Of a stretch of 64,000 nt of DNA, positions 23,989 to 34,459 are shown in pieces. Numbering within the stretch: position 1 is the first letter of the stretch; each line of letters opens with the position of its first letter. Below the pieces are notes generated by a model that ran no database searches, was not told the origin of the DNA, and saw only the letters and a list, made by a program, of their open reading frames with translations. Source of the DNA: Podarcis liolepis (lineage: Eukaryota); the NCBI GenBank assembly GCA_965112155.1, contig OZ218099.1; one strand, given 5' to 3'. The position numbers and the translations under genes were made by a program.

Positions 23989-25286
23989 CTGCAATAGGAA
24001 ATAGAAGCCACACAGTAATGCAACCAGTTTAAATTAGTTGCACAAAATTGCCAGACTCACACTGGAATCAATTCCCAATATATATTAAAAGTGTGCAAAT
24101 GCCAGTTAGGATTTGGCACACATCTTTACTTCAAGCATCATGTAACACTGTAGGCTTTTATCATTACTACGAAGTAAAAGCAGCAAGAATGGGTGGAACA
24201 GTTATTCAACTTTACATATCACAAGAATTATCAACTCCCACAGGGTCAACAATGGCAAGATGTTTGGCTAAATGGTCTATAGCTGAGCCCTGTTGAGATT
24301 TAACATGTTGTCCTATATGGAAGATTGATCTTATTTTTAGTCAATTGATTGCAATGCTCCCTGTGAGGTGGTATTAAGTATGCTGGGTTAACTGCCCACA
24401 GGGTGAGAGTTTGTTGGTGGAGAAGGGCTTAAATGAAAGATGGGGTGAGGGTGTTTGCATTGCTCGAGGTGAGAGAAGGGATGGAAATTATTGGGGTTGA
24501 GCTTTTCACCTGCTGTCGTGTACATATGCACTAAGTTGTTAAATGGAATTGAGTGGATGGAGTGAAGTTGTGCATGCATGAAAAGTATGATTCTTGAGTG
24601 ACTCAATATAACAGTTGGTTCCTCAATTCCAGATTTGTATTTTTTATATATGAAGACACCTAGTTTTGTAATATTTATGATTTGTTTTTGTTTTTCCTTA
24701 TGTATACTGTGTGGATATATTTACTCCTTAATTCTCTTATTTAAAATGTATCAGATATTAATAGCAGTTGGATTGAATGTGGAATCTGTATGTAACATAT
24801 TTTGAGCCAGATTGAACTAAGTGGTCTGGTCCTGCTAGTGGAATCCCATGTGAAGACTTCTGATAGCACACCACACTCTCTTCCCCACACATGCCTCAGC
24901 TGGCTCTAGGAGGGTCAGGGAAACACGCAGAACAATTAGTAGAGCAGGGATGGGAGAGATTGTTCCATCAGGCATACAGGAAATGCTTGAACTGACAGAA
25001 TGTTTGGAAAGCAACAATGTTGAATTCCTCCCTTTGATTTCTGTTAAGATGTAAACCGCTTAGAGATTTTCTGAAATATTAGGTGATATACCAGTTCAAT
25101 AAATGAAAAAGCAACCAAACATTAGATTTCTCTGAATATACAGGCAATAAAATCTGCATTTGGATTATTTCATCATATACCATGCCAGTGGGATAGGAAA
25201 AAGCTAACCATTTGAGTATCTGTCTGGAAATCACAGATAAATTGGAAAAATTTAAGGAATTAAAAACCTGTAAAAACCATACTCAC

Positions 25287-25405
25287 CTGTATTTCGCTTG
25301 CAGATCCAATGGGCCTTTTCATTGCAATGCAAAGCAACCAAGCGACGTTTGGAAACTTTCACACAATGCACAGTATTTGGCTGGGCTGGGGACGATAGCT
25401 GAAGC
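25287..25405 (-). CDS. Exon 4: CTLD1 part c (LQLSSPAQPNTVHCVKVSKRRLVALHCNEKAHWICKRNT)
   Basis: 119 nt, phase 2 to 1, |gtgagt donor; CV...C......ICK motif; the acceptor polypyrimidine tract is weak. Confidence 0.88.
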
Positions 25406-26129
25406 CTTTCCAATTAGATTTTAGTACAACAAAAGAGAAAAATTACATGATGTAACAGTGAAAACATGACTGCAAAAATATGCTCTTTCAAAATACTGAT
25501 GTCAGAGATCACACTGATATTGTAATGTCTTCTGTCTCCAGTGTATTGCCCTTCCTCCTGGTAATTAAGGGCTTTTCCAGATGTATGCCCTCTGAGCTCC
25601 TGGTTAAGTGGCATGCCCCAAGAGAATCACTGGGCCCTCCAAGACAGAAAGAATTACAAAAGGGTTCTCTCTGGGAACTTAAGACTGTGCATGAAAACAG
25701 TTGTATTCATGGCTCTAACTATGGCATGCCTGCTGGTTTCTTGGTCCCCTCTAACAATGGCCTACACCACGGTCCTATTAATATTCTATGGAAATGTAAA
25801 CATAAGAAAAGTTTTGTGAATGCCAATGCTAATAGGCCTTGTTGCCACATTAAAAGGGGGGGAGAGACTGTTGATGAAACATTCTGGCTTACCATAGTCC
25901 TATGTTCCTCAGCATCTTTTTACTGTTTTTTCATTATTATTATTCTCTATTTGTTTATCTATATTTGTTTACCCCATGATATCAATAACACAAAATCCCA
26001 ATACACAGGATGAATGGAATACATGTGGTGAAAGAAAGAAAAAATACACTTGCATAGTTACAAACACCCCTGATACAATCATATCAGAGGAAAACAAATC
26101 ATACTTCAATTGTGTTTTTTAATTCTTAC

Positions 26130-26242
26130 CAAGGAAGCCTCATATTTGCTGGTGTACCTTCTGACCATGAAAAAGTGTTAATATTTTCCAAGTTATTTAA
26201 TCCAGTCCAAAAATCATCCAAAGGTAAAGCTAAGATCCAGTT
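26130..26242 (-). CDS. Exon 3: CTLD1 part b (NWILALPLDDFWTGLNNLENINTFSWSEGTPANMRLPW)
   Basis: 113 nt, phase 0 to 2, cag| and |gtaaga; WTGL and F.WS.G motifs. Confidence 0.92.
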
Positions 26243-27253
26243 CTGTGGAAAAACAATGGCAAAGTTTAAGATATTTTGACATACAAACCATATCGGCAAA
26301 AATATATTCACCTGGACCTCACATCTCTTTTATTTATTTTATAATTTATGTTTTCCAATACTTTTTATGATCCTACCTTCCAAGCCTTCCTAGATATTAC
26401 ATCCCTTAAATAATGTTGTTTCTACTTGTACAGTACACTAAGAATTAGTTCAAAGATACTAATGTTCCCGACATTCATAAGAAAACATTTGTTGGCTCAA
26501 AGAAGTTAAATGATTTGTGATGTCACATGGGAGTACAGAGAAAAAGATCAAGAAGTTCTTATTGCTCATCTGTTTGTAAGTGAGAACAAATCTGGTGTGA
26601 ACAACTAGTAATTATCGGCTACTCTTGAGTTACAGTAAAATCATTTCCGATTTTATCAGGTTTCATTGATGTAACTCAAAAACAGCATCATCTGCTCATC
26701 TGTTGCATAATTCATAACTAAGACTGTAATATAAACTGCAATACTGTCAAATGTCTTGTTACCTAGGATTTGCTGGTTTCTCTGTAACCTAATAATCTGG
26801 TTGGCCACTTAGAGAACAAGATGCTGGACTAGGTGAGCCTGTTCCAGTAGAGAAGCTCACCTGGTACCTATCTTAATGTCATTGAGGTGCTTGGTGAACA
26901 CACTTTTGCAGGCCTTTTATTCTGTTCCTGTTTTACATTTGCTTCATCTGATTCATCATTGTAATGCTGCTTGTGTATATTTTATTGGTTGTATCCAATG
27001 GTGCTACTCTGTTCCAACACAACTCTGACATATTCTAGAGGTGTCTATAAACAGAAGGTGGGTAGGAAAGTTTTGCTAACTGGATTTTTATGTACTTATT
27101 GTTGTAACCCTGCTCTGATTGTTGGTCTCGCAAGATACAATTTTTAATTAATGAATGTGATTTTGTGGACTATACTATGTAAATGCAATATCTGTTTGGG
27201 CAGAAAGTGTCCTCAATGTATAGATACAAAAAGTAAATATACATGCAACTTAC

Positions 27254-27417
27254 CATTTCCTGACTACTAGTAAATGATACTAATTCTGTAAAGCTGTATC
27301 TCTTGCAAAATTTTAGCGCTTCTGTCCAAGTCCCCGTAATATTTGCCTCTAGGCAATAACAATTTCCATTCCAGTAGCGCCAGCAGGGTGCTTGAGGACA
27401 ATTCAGTCTGAATCTAG
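27254..27417 (-). CDS. Exon 2: CTLD1 part a (ARFRLNCPQAPCWRYWNGNCYCLEANITGTWTEALKFCKRYSFTELVSFTSSQEM)
   Basis: 164 nt, phase 1 to 0, aag| and |gtaagt; CP..W..W...CY...W..A...C......L..S..E is the canonical CTLD N-terminal pattern; not in the ORF track. Confidence 0.92.
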
Positions 27418-27942
27418 CTTTAGACGGGAAAAAGTAATTTAATTATTATATTCTAACGTAAATTGAAGACGGTTTATAATTTATTGCTGCCCTTATTCCT
27501 CTTGAAACTTCTACCTCCATCTAGATTCTTCAGTCACCAAGCCAGAATAGAGAACACTGTACATTCTGCAACTATTGCATCCTGACTCTGACTTCACACC
27601 CACCTTGATAAAACAGATTACAGTGGTGCCCCGCAAGATGAATGCCTCGCAAGACGGAAAACCCGCTAGACAAAAGGGTTTTCCGTTTTTGAGCTGCTTC
27701 GCAAGACGATTTTCCCTATGGGCTTGCTTTGCAAGACGAAAACGTCTTGCGAGTGTTCCGATTTTCCCCCGCTTCCCCCCCATTTTTCTAAGCCGCTAAG
27801 CCGCTAATAGCCTTTTAGCCGCTAATCCGCTAAGCCTTTAATAGCCGCTAAGCCTTTAATAGCGCTAAGCCGCTAAGCCGCTAATAGGGTTGCTTCGCAA
27901 GACGAAAAAACCGCTAGACGAAGAGACTCGCGGAACGGATTA

Positions 27943-28961
27943 CCGTATTTTTCGCCCCAAAGGACGCTCCGTCCCATAGGACGCGCCTAGTTTTTTGGGG
28001 GGGAAATAAAGGAAAAAAAAATTCCCTTTATTTCCCCCCCAAAAGCAGGTTGGGGAAACAGAACCAGGTCGAGGAACAGCGGGATGGCGGCGCTGCGGCT
28101 CCCTGCTGTCCCCCGAGCTTGTGGGGCTGGCCGATGTCTGCCCCGCACGAGGGGCGCTCTGCATCAGGGCGCCCCCCCCCCCCGCGGGGCAGCAGGCTGC
28201 TATCCGCAGCGTGGGGAGCCTTGCGGAGAACTCCTGCAAGGCTCCCCACGCTGCGGATGTCTGCCCGGTGCGGGGGGCGCTCTGCTTCAGGGCGCCCCTC
28301 GCGCTGGGCAGCAGGCTGCTATCCGCAGCGTGGGGAGCCTTGTGGGGAACTCCTGCAAGGCTCCCTATGCTGCGGATGTCTGCCTGGGCAGGGGGCGCTC
28401 TGCATCAGGGCGCCTCCCCTTGCGGGGCAGCAGGCTGCCATCCGCAGCGTGGGGAGCCTTGCGGGGAACTCCTGCAAGGCTCCCCACGCTGCGGATGTCT
28501 GCCCGGTGCGGGGGGCGCTCTGCTTCAGGGCGCCCCTCGCGCTGGGCGGCAGGCTGCTATCCGCAGCGTGGGGAGCCTTGCAGGGAACTCCTGCAAGGCT
28601 CCCCACGCTGCGGATGTCTGCCTGGCGCAGGGGGCGCTCTGCTTCAGGGCACCCCTCGCGCAGGGCAGCAGGCTGCTATCCGCAGCGTGGGGAGCCTTGC
28701 GGGGAACTCCTGCAAGGCTCCCCACGCTGCGGATGTCTGCCTGGCGCGGGGGGTGCTCTGCTTCAGGGCGCCCCTCGCGCTGGGCAGCAGGCTGCTATCC
28801 GCAGCCTAGACATCCCTGCCGGACCTCCCGTAGGGCTGCCTAGGCTGCGGATGTGTTCTTGAAGCCTCAGCAAAAGCCTGCATTCGCCCCATAGGACGCA
28901 CCCAGATTTCCCCTTCATTTTTGGAGGGGAAAAAGTGTGTCCTATAGGGCGAAAAATACGG
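27943..28961. mobile_element. Nested Tc2/pogo-like non-autonomous element
   Basis: TIRs CCGTATTTTTCGCCC and GGGCGAAAAATACGG with TA TSD (27941-27942, 28962-28963). Confidence 0.88.
28130..28855. repeat. 119-bp GC-rich tandem repeat, each unit containing a long inverted repeat
   Basis: Unit starts at 28201, 28320, 28439, 28558, 28677 and 28796 (exact 119-bp period). Confidence 0.95.
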
Positions 28962-29700
28962 TAATTTTGTCTTGCGAGGCACCACTGTAGATAGGATGAG
29001 TGGGTTGCTTGTTTCAACAGAAAATTGAAAAATAGAAACATGCAAAAAGCAGTTACGCAAGAAAAAATGTTATTTTATTACACTTAGATTACGTCTAGCT
29101 AAAGCAAGTCAACATCCACTTCTAATCCTGCCTGTATATTTAGAAGCAAGTTTCTTATAAGAGATAAGGCAGGAAAGAAAAGCAACAAAATTGTTTTTTG
29201 GTGAGCCCAGAAACAACCCAAGTAAATGCTTAATCCTCACTTTTTCTCTGTATGTGCCTCTACACAATCATATGTGCAAAAATAGAAGTACTAAATTCTA
29301 TAATCTTCTCCAGGAATGTGTTGGGTTTAGTTCAAAAGTATGTAAGCACAGGCATATATTTTATTCTTTTCCTTTTTTGTCTCCTATACCTGCTCAGTTG
29401 ATTACCTTGAAGTTGCAGCCTCTCTACCAGTCTATATAAATATTATGTGTATTAGGTATCCAGCATTAACCTCTTTTATATCACCTTGATTTCAAATGGA
29501 AAAATTAAGCACAAACTTAATCTTCTGTTAACAGAAAAATCTAAGTGCAGAAATCCACTATCTAAATCTAAAAACACACATTTTGGGATGTTCAGAAGCT
29601 TCTGTGCATATGCAGAGGGCCCCAGTTCTAACAGTCAATACAGGTGCCTTTAGGGGAGTCTTCTCATGCATGCCACTGGCCACTCAGCTTCACATCAATA

Positions 29701-29914
29701 CAGTGGTACCTTGGGTTAAGAACTTAATTCATTCTGGAGGTCTGTTCTTAACCTGAGGTACCACTTTAGCTAAAGGGGCCTCCTGCTTCCGCTGCATGAT
29801 TTCTGTTCTCATCCTGAAGCAAAGTTCTTAACCCGAGGTACTATTTCTGGGTTAGCGGAGTCTGTAACCTGAAGTGTCTGTAACCTGAGGCATCTGTAAC
29901 CAGAGGTACCACTG
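29701..29914 (-). mobile_element. MITE family A, inverted copy
   Basis: ta|CAGTGGTACC...GGTACCACTG|ta. Confidence 0.85.
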
Positions 29915-30955
29915 TAATAGCCTTTCCATGCCAGAGAGAACAAAGAAAATGAATGGGCTATTTTCCCACTTTTTTCTGGTGGTTGCTCTTGCCAAGAGCT
30001 GGAATAGGAAAAAACACTGCTGCCAAAGAGAGAGAAATTAAGAACTGCCTCTGCAGCTCCTTCTTTGTTCTCTCTGGCAAAGAGAAGCTGGAGCAGCTTT
30101 AAGGTGAGTGGGCAAGAGTAACAGGGGATATCAGCTTGCCCAAAATATAAAAAGGTGCAGGTTGGAAAGAGAATATCTAGCCATGGGAAACAGTACTGGT
30201 GTTGGAAGTTGAGCCAATTCACAGAAGCTCATACATGCAGCAAGGTTCACTAATGTGTGAACCAACCTTAAGATATTTCATTTACAGCTTTCTGAACCTA
30301 CTTCAGAACCTATAAACACACTCAAAATTTAAGGGACTCATATAATCTACTTTTGATGCATCTTAACAATGCAAACTATGTGGAGCATTAAAAACTGTGT
30401 CTATGTGAATAAACATGTTCTCATTGAATCATGTGCTCTGCAGTTTGGAATCCTTGTGTATTATTTCTACAACACCTTTACCTGCCTAGAAAAACTATAT
30501 CCACTGATTAAGAGGCATAGGTGTGAGTTTTCCGAAAAATTTAGAACTGAGTTTCCCCCCAATGCATATTAGGGTAATTTGCACTAAGAAGCTGTTTGCA
30601 ACAGACAAATTTCTGATGACTTAAAAACTGATCTAATTTTGCATGTTTATTTCACCTGAATTTAGTAAACCAAAGCTAAAAACATCTTTCATTATGTCAT
30701 CTTAGACAACAAAGGCCTATTCCTTCTCCATATGAGCCCACTCGCCACCCGAAATTTAATCAACAGGTTTTATTGTCTACCCTCTTTACAGAAGTATAGG
30801 ATGGTAAAGGCTAAGGGTTATATCCAACAAAGTTGTCCAGTTAGCACAAGGACTTCTACTTGTGCAACAGAACTTCTCTGTCCTCTCTTCTCCCCATATG
30901 CCCCCACAATCTGTTCCAGAGAGTTGGGGAAACCCAAAGCAAACTGCGATGTATG

Positions 30956-31381
30956 CATGCGTGTAGCCAAGGGAGGGCAGGGGGGCAGCTGCCCCTCTAG
31001 ATTAATAAAAATAAAAATACTTAACTGAGGGTCCCAGGGACGCGGACTTATAAAAAATATTGGGGGGGGGGGCCGGGAAAGCTCATGAATAATAAATAAG
31101 CTCATGAATATGCAAATAAAGTGGCGCCGCCTCCTCGTGAGCGAATAGGGGAGAGCGTGCTGCGCCTATTAATCAGCTCCGGAGCGGAAATTGGGTGGAG
31201 CTTTTGCTCGGGAGGGAGGGCAGGAGGCATGCAGCCCGACCCTGTGCATTTTGGGCTGGGGGAGGGCGGTGGTGGCGCTCTGCTGGAGGGGCGCCGGAGA
31301 TTATTGGGGGGGGCGGAGCCCCCCAAACGTATTTTTGAGGGGGTTCGGGCCCCCTCAAGCCCCATGGAGTCGGCGCCTATG
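30956..31381. mobile_element. hAT-like non-autonomous element fragments (possibly two abutting copies)
   Basis: Left end catgcgtgtagccaagggagggcagggggcagc is shared with 44983-45104; right end ggagtcggcgcctatg. Confidence 0.5.
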
Positions 31382-31417
31382 GGTCTGCCCCCCCTAAAAA
31401 AAACCCACCTGGCTATT

Positions 31418-31462
<45 letters not shown>
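31418..31462. repeat. (GT)n(GA)n microsatellite
   Basis: Seen directly. Confidence 0.95.
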
Positions 31463-31463
<1 letters not shown>

Positions 31464-32129
31464 ATAACAGCTGGAGAAAGAACAGTTGTGCAAGTGTAAA
31501 GTCCTTGCACTAACATAGTTACTTCATTGGACACAATCCTAAGAAAGATCTAAGCATTCTACATCCTGGCCCAAACTAAACACACAAAACTGAGCACAGA
31601 AAGAATTCCCTTAAGAACTCACCTTGCCTTTATTTTGGGGGGTTTTTTTAGAAATAAGTGGGGCAAGTGGAAAACCGCTTGGACTCATGCTTTCTAGGCA
31701 CAAGCAGAAGTGTAGCCGGAGCCTAGCCTTTACCTTTCCCACAGAGCGCCAGCATCCTGCGACTATAACACCGCAGAAGCTACTTAATCACGAATGTGGT
31801 CTGCCCTGACTAGCAGAGGCTCTGCAGGATTTCACATCTCCCCCAGCCCTACCCTAGAGACGCCAGGGGTGAAATCTGGGACCTTGTGTTGCAACGCAGG
31901 TGTTCAACCTCCGTCTTCTTTGGGTGCTTCTGCCCCCCCCCCTCTTATAGTGACAAAAACTGCCAAGGGCACAGGACAGGTGTGTGTTGTGTGCTCTGGA
32001 TCGGCTAACCCAGCCTTGAGCAGCTGCTGGAAAGGAAAGGGCAGAGGTAAAATCACCTCGGGTACAGTTCAAGCCTTTCCCCAAAGGACGGGATGGGACT
32101 GGATCTCTGCTGTGGGTGTTTTTATTTGC

Positions 32130-32580
32130 ATTGTTTGCGACGGCAACACCTGTTCGCAGCGCAACCTTCGTTTACCTGCATCCCACGTGTCGCCATGGAC
32201 CAAGCGCACGTGCAGCGCCAACAGGAGCAGCGAAAGCAGCAGCAGCCCGGGCGCCATTAGAGCGCCTCTACCGCTGCTGCCGCTGCTGCTGCTGCTACTA
32301 CTATGCGAGGCTCTTGTGGCTCCTCCCCACCGTGGGCGGAATCGGCGCCAGAGTTCAACCGTCGTCCTCTCGCGCCTCGAGAACACTTCTGCGCATGCTC
32401 GGTCCCGCGCGCAGAAGCCGAGTTCCCGCCCCCGAACTCCCTCCGCCAATCCCCGCTCCCTCCTCCCTCCCTTTCTTATAACGTTGGACTCAGACAATTC
32501 TCCTGGCTAAAAAAGCCGGCTCTTGCTTTCAGGTCCCTCCGCCGCCGTTCCCTGTTATCTTATTATACACGCACAGCGGT
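32130..32580 (-). promoter_or_regulatory. CpG-island promoter and 5' UTR of the lectin-repeat gene
   Basis: High CpG density around exon 1; GC box cccgccccc ~32425, CCAAT 32446-32450, NRF1-like tgcgcatgc ~32390; short CAG-type repeat in the 5' UTR (32271-32305). Confidence 0.7.
32176..32257 (-). CDS. Lectin-repeat gene exon 1: signal peptide MAPGLLLLSLLLLALHVRLVHGDTWD(A)
   Basis: ATG at 32257 inside a CpG island, hydrophobic Leu stretch, likely cleavage after VHG, phase-1 donor CAG|gtaaac that matches the exon 2 phase. Confidence 0.85.
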
Positions 32581-32741
32581 TTCCTGCCATTGTATCCCCA
32601 TTCTCCTCAGGGATTTCCCTCTCCCAAACCATTCCCCGGCCAACCCTCCATGCCCCATAATGCCCAAGAGCATTCACTGACGTGAAAATGACGGCAGTGT
32701 AAGAGAACCAGAGACACAGCTAAAGCTATATGGGTACTATT

Positions 32742-32968
32742 CATAGAATAATAACATTGTAGAGTTGCAAGGGACTCCGAAGGTCATTTGGTCCAACCCC
32801 CTGCAATGGAGGAATCTCAACTAAAGCAGTGCATGACAGATCCATTCCAACATCTGCTTAAAAATCTCCACTGAAGGAGAGACCATCACCTTTGGACAGA
32901 GTCCATTCCTGATGTTTAGTTGGAATACTTTTTTGTGTGTAACTTGAAGCCATTGGTTTATGTCCTAC
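32742..32968 (-). mobile_element. CR1 LINE 3' end, left part of a split copy
   Basis: catagaat...gtagagttgcaagggactccgaaggtcatttggtccaaccccctgcaatg...aacttgaagccattggtttatgtcctac. Confidence 0.75.
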
Positions 32969-33650
32969 ACAGTGGTGTAGCAAGGTCAGGTGGTACCAGG
33001 TGCAGAAAATTTCTTGTCACCCCCCCCCCTTTCCTTATTAAAAGAAGGAAAAATAAGATACAGTTGCAAGTATTATTTTTTGGTTTATTTACTTAACATT
33101 GTGAGCATAAGCACTTAAAACCTGTTTTTCACAATGGGAATTTTTATGAATGAATTTTTTTACTTAATTTCACTGTTTTGCAGCCTACTGTTGATGTGGA
33201 CTGCCTCCAAGTTCTGAAAGAGGAGCATCACCTCTCAGGAGGAGCCAGGTCCAGGTGGGGGGTTGCCACGGTGACAAGGACTTGCCCTCCTTTGTGACAT
33301 CTCTCGCTTTTCCCTTAAAAGCCACTGACTTGCAAGCAGCCATTGTGGGTTAGTAGTGAGGCGAGTGGAGGAGAGAGGAGTTGGTGGTGGTTGGAAAAGA
33401 TAAGGAGAGGTGTTCATTTGCTTGTTATTGTTATTTTTATTTGATTTATTACTTTTATTTGATTCATTTTATTTTATTTATTTTTATTTTATTTATTATT
33501 TACTTTTTATTTTAACACTTTTATTTTACTCTTTTATTTCATTTTTTGTTCTTTATTTTCATATTTTTTATTTTACATCTTTATTTTGGGCACATTTGGG
33601 CACATTTTGTATATATTTATTTTGTGCATAAGGAGTAGTTAAGCGTAAGT

Positions 33651-33722
33651 GTAGGGTTAGGGTAGGGGTTAGAGTTAGAGTTAGGCTTAGGGCTGGGATT
33701 GGGATTGGGGTCAGAGTTAGGC
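33651..33722 (+). repeat. Degenerate telomere-like (TTAGGG-variant) hexamer tract
   Basis: gtagggttagggtaggggttagagttagagttaggcttagggctgggattgggattggggtcagagttaggc. Confidence 0.6.
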
Positions 33723-33863
33723 TTGGCTGGTCTCCTGGGGGTGGGAGTCCTGGGGTCCCCTGCACAGTCTTAGCTCCCTGGAAATCGACCCAGCCAGTCT
33801 TCTCCAGAGAGCTCAGCTCCTCCACACTCTTTCCCTGTCTTCCCCTTTTCTTTCCCCTCTCAT

Positions 33864-34080
33864 CATTTACATTTACTAGGACATTCCTAGCCCACTTTCC
33901 TCCGTGGAGCTCAAGGTGGCCTTCATGGTTCTCCCTGCCACCAAATGTTATCTTCACAGCAGTCCTGCAAAGTAGGCTAGGCTGGCTCAAGGTCCACCAC
34001 GGAGCTTCATGGCTGCGTGGGGATTCGAACTCTGCTCTCCCAGGTCCTCCTAGTCCAGCCCTCCAACCACTACACCTCTG
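33864..34080 (-). mobile_element. tRNA-derived CORE/MIR-like SINE
   Basis: On the minus strand: A box ggtgtagtggttgg, B box gagttcgaatcccc, (taaatg)n tail. Confidence 0.7.
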
Positions 34081-34459
34081 CCTGGCTCCACTTTGCATCT
34101 CTCCAGCTGCCCTACGACATCAGCCATCTCCCCCTTCCTGGGGGTCTCTCTGGCTCCAAGGTAGACTCCAGCACCTTCCTTGTGTTCTTTTCCTTTCTGG
34201 GACACCTTGATGCTTGGAGGACCCTCCTAGGGGTCTCCTCCTTCTTCAGGAAGGGCAGGGCTGTCCTAAGAAGATGAGGCAGAGCAGCCCTTTAACAGCT
34301 GGCAGTGCTTCTCTTTCCTTTGGGCTCTTCCCAGCTCTGGTGATGCCCTTTCAGGTCACTGAACTGCAGAGAGATGGAAGGAATTGGGCCAGATGCCCCT
34401 CCTCACACACAAGAATTGGGGCTGCTGGCTTCTGAGTTGCTCTCTCTGCTCGTCTCTTC

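Larger units (their letters stand above)
27621..28987 (+). mobile_element. Tc1/Tigger-like MITE family B, host to a nested element
   Basis: ta|CAGTGGTGCCCCGCAAGA...TCTTGCGAGGCACCACTG|ta; internal ctaagccg repeats 27789-27885. Confidence 0.88.
2650..32257 (-). other. Span of a multi-exon gene for an uncharacterised secreted or cell-surface protein: signal peptide + [CTLD - PAN/apple-like - EGF-like] x3 + start of a 4th CTLD; 3' end lies outside the window
   Basis: 17 exons, all with GT donors and (exons 2-17) AG acceptors; phases join into one 834-codon frame with no stops; the CTLD, EGF-like and middle-module motifs recur in fixed order. Confidence 0.9.

Noticed and set aside
28130-28855. 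CRISPR-like appearance of regularly spaced palindromic repeats, and the 240-270 aa ORFs over them
   Set aside because: The intervening sequences are near-identical rather than unique spacers, the array lies inside a eukaryotic TIR element, there are no cas genes, and the ORFs are open in all three frames because the repeat is GC-rich
32271-32305. CAG/CTG tract near PPP2R2B as a counterpart of the SCA12 repeat
   Set aside because: It lies in the 5' UTR of the oppositely oriented lectin gene; the human SCA12 repeat is at the Bbeta1 promoter, downstream of the Bbeta2 exon and not seen in this window
32258-32497. N-terminal extension of exon 1 suggested by ORF 32069..32497
   Set aside because: That ORF starts at TTG in GC-rich promoter DNA; the first ATG (32257) directly precedes the signal peptide
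31794-32680. Plus-strand ORFs of 121-238 aa over the CpG island
   Set aside because: They are antisense to exon 1, GC-driven, and have no recognisable domain or splice support
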